A DNA stretch of 64,000 nucleotides from Bacteroidaceae bacterium (GTDB lineage: Bacteria > Bacteroidota > Bacteroidia > Bacteroidales > Bacteroidaceae), in NCBI GenBank assembly GCA_017467885.1, contig JAFUKC010000002.1:73799-137798 (forward strand), given 5' to 3'. The translations under genes were made by a program, and so were the position numbers. Positions 59,699 to 64,000 of the stretch are shown in pieces (within the stretch, counting starts at the first letter, position 1; each line of letters begins with the position of its first letter). Below the pieces are notes generated by a model, which had not been told where the DNA came from, searched no databases, and saw only the letters and a list, made by a program, of their open reading frames with translations.

Positions 59699-59956
59699 AT
59701 GGGATGCAGTAAATTTTGGATTGGGATGGCAACCGGTGTGGTTGTAGGTGCAATTGCCTATCGTTGTGCACGCACAGAAAAGGCTAAACAGTGGAAAGAG
59801 GCCATGTGCCATAAGATGCGCAATGCCGGTGGATTTTTCGAGCAGATGAAAGGTAAGGCTGTTGATGCCGGCGTAAAGGTAGCCGATAAGATTGCAGAAA
59901 AGGCCGAAGATGCACGTGAGCGTGCTCATGATTTTGCACGCGATATAACGAAGTAG
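59699..59956 (+). CDS. YtxH-like small protein
   Basis: 85 aa with an N-terminal hydrophobic helix (WIGMATGVVVGAIAY) followed by a charged amphipathic helix. Confidence 0.65.
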   Translation: MGCSKFWIGMATGVVVGAIAYRCARTEKAKQWKEAMCHKMRNAGGFFEQMKGKAVDAGVKVADKIAEKAEDARERAHDFARDITK

Positions 59957-59996
59957 TCCTAAGATGTTTTTAAATGTTTAACTAAAGAGTTGTGTT

Positions 59997-60959
59997 ATGT
60001 TTTATCATGTAAAAGATTTGCAGTTTAATGCCAGGGTATCGCAGCCCGATCCGCGTTTTGCTCGCCTTATGCTTGAGGCCTTCGGTGGAAAGGATGGTGA
60101 ACTAAAATCGGCCATGCAATATTTTGTGCAGGCTTTTGGTTGTCATAATCCTTATCCAAAGCATTATGACATGCTTATGGATATTGCGGCTGAGGAGTTG
60201 GCGCATCTTGAAATTGTGGGTGCTACCATTCATATGTTGCTTGGTCCTGTTACGGGACGGATGAAAGATGTGGTTGAGGAGATGCCGATCAATAGAATGA
60301 TGGATGGCACGGCTGCAAAAGAGGATTTTATACAACAAGCATATACAAATCCTCAATTTCTTGTGGTGTCGGCTGGCAGTCCTATGCTTACCGACAGTAA
60401 TGGGAATCCATGGAGCGGCTCGTGGGTGTCTGCCAACTCCGATCTTACTGTTGATTTACGTTCAAATATGGCAGGTGAGAGCAGGGCCAAGATTGGTTAC
60501 GAATATCTTATGCCTTTTACCGACGACCCTTATGTTAAAGAAACGTTGGGATTCCTTATGACACGTGAGATTGCTCATTATCAGCAATTTGAGGCCGCTC
60601 TCGACGAGATACAGCCGAACTTCCCGCCCGGTATATTCCAGACAGATACCCGATACAGTAACCTCTACTTCAATATGTCGAAGGGACAAGATGCTCGTGG
60701 CCCATGGAATGATGGTGCATGCAGCCAACTCGATGAAGAGTGGCAATATATCGATAAACCTCAAGAAGAGGTATGTAAGACAAATGGTCTTGTCGACAGG
60801 GCACCTGTGGGTACAAATAGAACAAAAGAGGAGATACAGCGCCTTGAACGTCGCTTGGCCAAAGAACGTAGCAAAGAGGTGACATCTGCTGCTTCGCAAA
60901 AGAATGTCGAATGGTGTAAATACCATTCAAAGAAAAACGAACCGGTGGAGGTGTGTTGA
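59997..60959 (+). CDS. Manganese (dimanganese) catalase family protein
   Basis: N-terminus MFYHVKDLQFNARVSQPDPRFARLMLEAFGGKDGELKSAMQYF and EELAHLEIV metal-ligand block. 320 aa with a charged C-terminal extension. Confidence 0.88.
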   Translation: MFYHVKDLQFNARVSQPDPRFARLMLEAFGGKDGELKSAMQYFVQAFGCHNPYPKHYDMLMDIAAEELAHLEIVGATIHMLLGPVTGRMKDVVEEMPINRMMDGTAAKEDFIQQAYTNPQFLVVSAGSPMLTDSNGNPWSGSWVSANSDLTVDLRSNMAGESRAKIGYEYLMPFTDDPYVKETLGFLMTREIAHYQQFEAALDEIQPNFPPGIFQTDTRYSNLYFNMSKGQDARGPWNDGACSQLDEEWQYIDKPQEEVCKTNGLVDRAPVGTNRTKEEIQRLERRLAKERSKEVTSAASQKNVEWCKYHSKKNEPVEVC

Positions 60960-61022
60960 TTGGAGGTTTTTTGCCTATAGCGTATATTAATATACTTATT
61001 GTTTAACTTTAAATTCAGTGTT

Positions 61023-61145
61023 ATGAATACCAAGAAAACAGAAAAGATTCAAGAAGAATCAAAATCCTGTGCGTCAAAGAAGGTTGCTCAAGCAGCAGCG
61101 GAGTGTAAACCTAATACTTCTACCAAGAAGCCCGAGAAGAAGTAA
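61023..61145 (+). CDS. Possible 40-aa Lys-rich microprotein (too short for the supplied ORF track)
   Basis: The ATG at 61023 gives MNTKKTEKIQEESKSCASKKVAQAAAECKPNTSTKKPEKK, with a TAA stop at 61143-61145. It sits between the catalase stop and a strong hairpin. Confidence 0.35.
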   Translation: MNTKKTEKIQEESKSCASKKVAQAAAECKPNTSTKKPEKK

Positions 61146-61187
61146 ACAGGATGGATGTTTCGCCGACTATCTGCGGCGTTGCAAATA

Positions 61188-61219
61188 AAGACCGTCAAGA
61201 GATATCTCTTGACGGTCTT
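61188..61219. terminator. Bidirectional hairpin between the catalase cluster (+) and tRNA-Gln (-)
   Basis: aagaccgtcaagag / loop atat / ctcttgacggtctt, a perfect 14-bp stem. On the minus strand it is followed by tttatttg. Confidence 0.75.
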
Positions 61220-61221
61220 TG

Positions 61222-61292
61222 TTGTCCTATCCGGATTCGAACCAGAACAAACAGAACCAAAACCTGTTGTGCTACCATTACACCATAGGACA
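61222..61292 (-). tRNA. tRNA-Gln (anticodon TTG)
   Basis: The minus strand reads TGTCCTATGGTGTAATGGTAGCAC...ACAGG-TTTTGGT-TCTGT...TCTGGTTCGAATCCGGATAGGACA plus discriminator A. Confidence 0.9.
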
Positions 61293-61322
61293 ATCCTTTG
61301 TGCTTTCTGTTAAAAAGCAGTG

Positions 61323-61353
61323 CAAAGATAGTGCTCTTTGACGAAAATGCAAA
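61323..61353 (-). promoter_or_regulatory. Candidate promoter of tRNA-Gln (minus strand: TTTG, 19 nt, TAtcTTTG)
   Basis: The reverse complement of 61323-61330 is tatctttg and that of 61350-61353 is tttg. The -7 box lies 31 nt upstream of the tRNA 5' end. Confidence 0.5.
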
Positions 61354-61394
61354 ATTTTTAGATAGTTATTTCGGTTACTGTTGCTTATTTTATT

Positions 61395-62498
61395 TTATTT
61401 TGTAAAGCTGTTTACAGCTTTAATGACTCTTGTTATTTCATCATCACTCATTATGGGTGAGATTGGTAAACTTAATTCTTCTTTGTGTATTTTTTCGGTG
61501 ACAGGTAGCGACAGACGCGAATATTCCTTAAGGGCCTCTTGCTTGTGTGGTGGAATGGGGTAGTGTACAATGGTTTCTATCCCATTCTCGGAAAGGTGTC
61601 TTTGCAAGGCTTCTCTTTGTTGTGAAAAGATAGTGTATACATGGAATACGTGCTCTTTATCGTGATATTCGGCAGCAGTGTTTATATAGGGGTTGCTTAT
61701 CTCCTTTGTGTAGCGCATGGCAATGCTGCGACGCCGCTCGTTGTCTGCATCAAGACGTTGGAGTTTAACAGAGAGCACTGCCGCCTGCAACTCGTCTAAT
61801 CGGCTGTTTACACCTTTGTATCTGTTTACATATTTTCTTTGAGAACCATAATTTGCGATTGTACGTACTGTTTCGGCAAGAATCGTGTCGTTGGTTGTTA
61901 CAGCTCCACCATCACCCAAGGCTCCTAAATTCTTTGCCGGATAGAAACTGAAGCCTGCTGCATCGGCAAGATTACCGGCGCGTCTGTTGTCATATATGGC
62001 TCCATGTGCCTGGGCGCAATCTTCAATAACTTTTAACGAGTGTTTTTGTGCTATATCTGTTATTGGTTTCATGTCGGCTGTGCGGCCATAGAGGTGTACC
62101 ACCATTATGGCTTTGGTACGTGGTGTTATAAGTTCCTCTATTTTGTTGGGGTCGATATTACAGCTCTCCGGCTGTGGCTCGCACAATACCGGTTTAAGGC
62201 CTGTTGCTGTTATTGCAAGTATCGATGCTATATATGTGTTGGCGGGTACTATAATCTCATCACCCGGCCCCATGATACTCATCTCGCAGTAGGCGCGTAT
62301 TATAAGTGTGAGCGCATCCAGGCCGTTACCAACGCCTATGCAATATCTGCAACCGCAATATTTTGCAAAATTTTCCTCAAATTTTCCCACTTCCGGCCCA
62401 AAAAGATATCGCCCCGAGCCGACAACCCGCAATACAGCACTGCTTAATTTCGGCTCGAATGAGTCGTTGATTCTTTTAAGGTCGAAGTATTTAATCAT
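61395..62498 (-). CDS. DegT/DnrJ/EryC1/StrS-family PLP sugar aminotransferase (FdtB/WecE-like)
   Basis: 367 aa, PLP-lysine region [16 protein letters not shown]. Confidence 0.88.
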   Translation of the reverse strand: MIKYFDLKRINDSFEPKLSSAVLRVVGSGRYLFGPEVGKFEENFAKYCGCRYCIGVGNGLDALTLIIRAYCEMSIMGPGDEIIVPANTYIASILAITATGLKPVLCEPQPESCNIDPNKIEELITPRTKAIMVVHLYGRTADMKPITDIAQKHSLKVIEDCAQAHGAIYDNRRAGNLADAAGFSFYPAKNLGALGDGGAVTTNDTILAETVRTIANYGSQRKYVNRYKGVNSRLDELQAAVLSVKLQRLDADNERRRSIAMRYTKEISNPYINTAAEYHDKEHVFHVYTIFSQQREALQRHLSENGIETIVHYPIPPHKQEALKEYSRLSLPVTEKIHKEELSLPISPIMSDDEITRVIKAVNSFTK

Positions 62499-63468
62499 TT
62501 TTATCCTCCTTCTTTATCTCTATTGTGTATGTATCGTAAACTATAGCCCTGCTGCCGAATCCCTCTTTTTGTGAAATCAATCCGGTATTCAGTATTTTTC
62601 CACCATCTTCTACCGATGTTCCAAAGTCGAAATATTCAATATCGGCAAATTTTTCATGCAGCAGATACTCGTAAAGGTAATCGAGTGCGCCTATTCTGCG
62701 CCCTTCGTTGCTTGTGGCTGTGTATTGTGCGTGCGCTACAGTGGACGTCAGGTATATTACCACTCCGGCAAGAGTGTTGCCATCGTTGTCTGTTACACGT
62801 ATCAGCTTAATGTTTCCCGGAAAATATGAATGAAGTTGTGTAATCTCCGATAGTGTGTGTACGGGTTGTGCTGCGTATTTCTCGCGTAAACGCAGTTCGA
62901 GCAATTCCCAAAATGCAGCAAAATTACTGTCTTCCACAATATGCATTCTGCTTTTGCATGCTGTTGTAAGTTTACGTCGTCCGTAAAATGGCTGTGGCTG
63001 CCTTTGCCATACAACCGAGGAGATTTTACGTTCGGTCAAATTGGCGTTGAACCTGAACATGGCATATAGATCCTCTTCGCAGGGGTATTTATGATATATG
63101 TGTGGTGTCGGGCGGTACAGCAACGTCTCAATATTGGTGTGCTTACGCAAATAATCGAATAACTGTTCGAAAATATTAAGAACATCTTTGGCTGTTGTCT
63201 TATTCGATAGGACCAGGCCGCCGTAGGTGAGTCCGCAATGTGAACATAGGTCGGTTCCCGAGATATGTGCCGGTAATAAGGCTGTTATTTCACCGTTCTT
63301 GGCAAACATCAACGAATAGTCGCAAAATCGGTCTCTGTGATACTCCATGTAATCGCGGGCAAACAGGAAGGTCCCGTTACGGCTTTCGGCTACAAAGTTA
63401 TCCCACAAGTCTTTACTCTCGTTGGTGTAGCGTATAATCGTTATAATCTCTTTTTTGCCTGCTTCCAC
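62491..63468 (-). CDS. FemAB-like / GNAT-fold acyl- or aminoacyl-transferase
   Basis: 325 aa, probable GTG start. Pattern WDNFV...[15 protein letters not shown]...SHCGLTYGG...QKEGFG resembles two-lobe FemAB-type proteins. No hexapeptide (LbH) repeats. Confidence 0.5.
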   Translation of the reverse strand: MEAGKKEIITIIRYTNESKDLWDNFVAESRNGTFLFARDYMEYHRDRFCDYSLMFAKNGEITALLPAHISGTDLCSHCGLTYGGLVLSNKTTAKDVLNIFEQLFDYLRKHTNIETLLYRPTPHIYHKYPCEEDLYAMFRFNANLTERKISSVVWQRQPQPFYGRRKLTTACKSRMHIVEDSNFAAFWELLELRLREKYAAQPVHTLSEITQLHSYFPGNIKLIRVTDNDGNTLAGVVIYLTSTVAHAQYTATSNEGRRIGALDYLYEYLLHEKFADIEYFDFGTSVEDGGKILNTGLISQKEGFGSRAIVYDTYTIEIKKEDKND

Positions 63469-63469
63469 G

Positions 63470-63856
63470 TTACCTCTTAATATACTCCTTAAATTCTTCG
63501 TACGAGTTTATGTATGTTTCGGTGTCATACGAGTGTGAAGCCAATACCAAAAGTACGGCATCTTCTGAAAAGTTGCTCAACTCGTTCCATGTGCGCGGGG
63601 GTACAAGCAATCCTTTGTCTTTTGAGTCAAGATGGTATATTCTGCGCCCGTTTATGTCCTCAAGGCATATATCCACACTGCCGTTGACGGCAATAAGGTA
63701 TTGATATGAGATCTTATTTGCGTGTTTGCCTCTTTCTTCGCCTTGTGGTACATTATATATCCAATATGCGCGTGTAATTGAGAAAGGAATTTCGTTCCCC
63801 TCTTCTACCAATGATAAGCAACCCCGCTCGTCGGTATATGTCTTTAGTTTGTCCAT
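63470..63856 (-). CDS. WxcM/FdtA-like cupin, dTDP-sugar 3,4-ketoisomerase
   Basis: DERGCLSLVE...IPFSITRAYWIYNVPQGEERGKHANK matches the FdtA signature. I chose the ATG at 63856 instead of the ORF-track TTG at 63871. Confidence 0.8.
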   Translation of the reverse strand: MDKLKTYTDERGCLSLVEEGNEIPFSITRAYWIYNVPQGEERGKHANKISYQYLIAVNGSVDICLEDINGRRIYHLDSKDKGLLVPPRTWNELSNFSEDAVLLVLASHSYDTETYINSYEEFKEYIKR

Positions 63857-64000
63857 CTCTTTTCTATTCAACTACAAACTTACACAAAATAAGTAAGATG
63901 CAGTTTATATTTCTTATAAAAATTATCCAATGTTGCAAGATACGCAGTTTTAAGGAAGCAGAGCACTTCTATACTATGGCTTTATTATCTATTAACGCTT

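Overview
This window looks like chromosomal core from a Bacteroidales-type (Bacteroidota) genome. The assignment rests on the protein sequences, on TAnnTTTG (-7) / TTTG (-33) promoter motifs ahead of several operons, and on the lack of Shine-Dalgarno sequences. The centre (31.1-44.2 kb) is the conserved block tRNA-Thr/Tyr/Gly/Thr, tuf, tRNA-Trp, secE, nusG, rplK-rplA-rplJ-rplL, rpoB, rpoC. The flanks carry housekeeping and envelope genes:
- FtsX-type permease, lytic transglycosylase, THUMP RNA methyltransferase, purD, ZnuA/ZnuC
- a radical SAM protein, two LtaS-family transferases, RNase H, argS
- two rhomboid proteases, secDF, a 7TM-HD phosphohydrolase, gltX, waaA, mdh
- rpsU, xerC-like recombinase, hpf
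- a two-gene N-acyl amino acid lipid module, dut, and a TPR / DUF4292-like / EamA / EnvC envelope group
- lpdA, inositol-3-phosphate synthase, and the operon argR, GNAT, argG, argC, argD
- a small stress cluster (YeaQ-like, YtxH-like, Mn catalase)
- tRNA-Gln and the start of an FdtA/FdtB-type amino-sugar locus that runs off the right edge

I found no transposase, phage gene, CRISPR array, toxin-antitoxin pair, recognisable defence gene or long repeat. I cannot support a clearly novel multi-gene system here and judge the window mostly ordinary. The items worth a second look have modest interest:
- a ZnuA/ZnuC pair with no permease, translationally coupled to two uncharacterised membrane proteins
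- a terminator-free string argS, rnhA, LtaS, LtaS, radical SAM
- a LolB-like DUF4292 lipoprotein
- an orphan inositol-phosphate synthase
- tandem ARG boxes overlapping the argR promoter
- a FemAB-fold protein in the slot where Fdt loci normally carry an acetyltransferase
- a 15-bp perfect hairpin abutting the xerC start codon
- an unannotated 40-codon Lys-rich ORF after the Mn catalase

All function calls come from reading motifs in the supplied translations. No database search was run.
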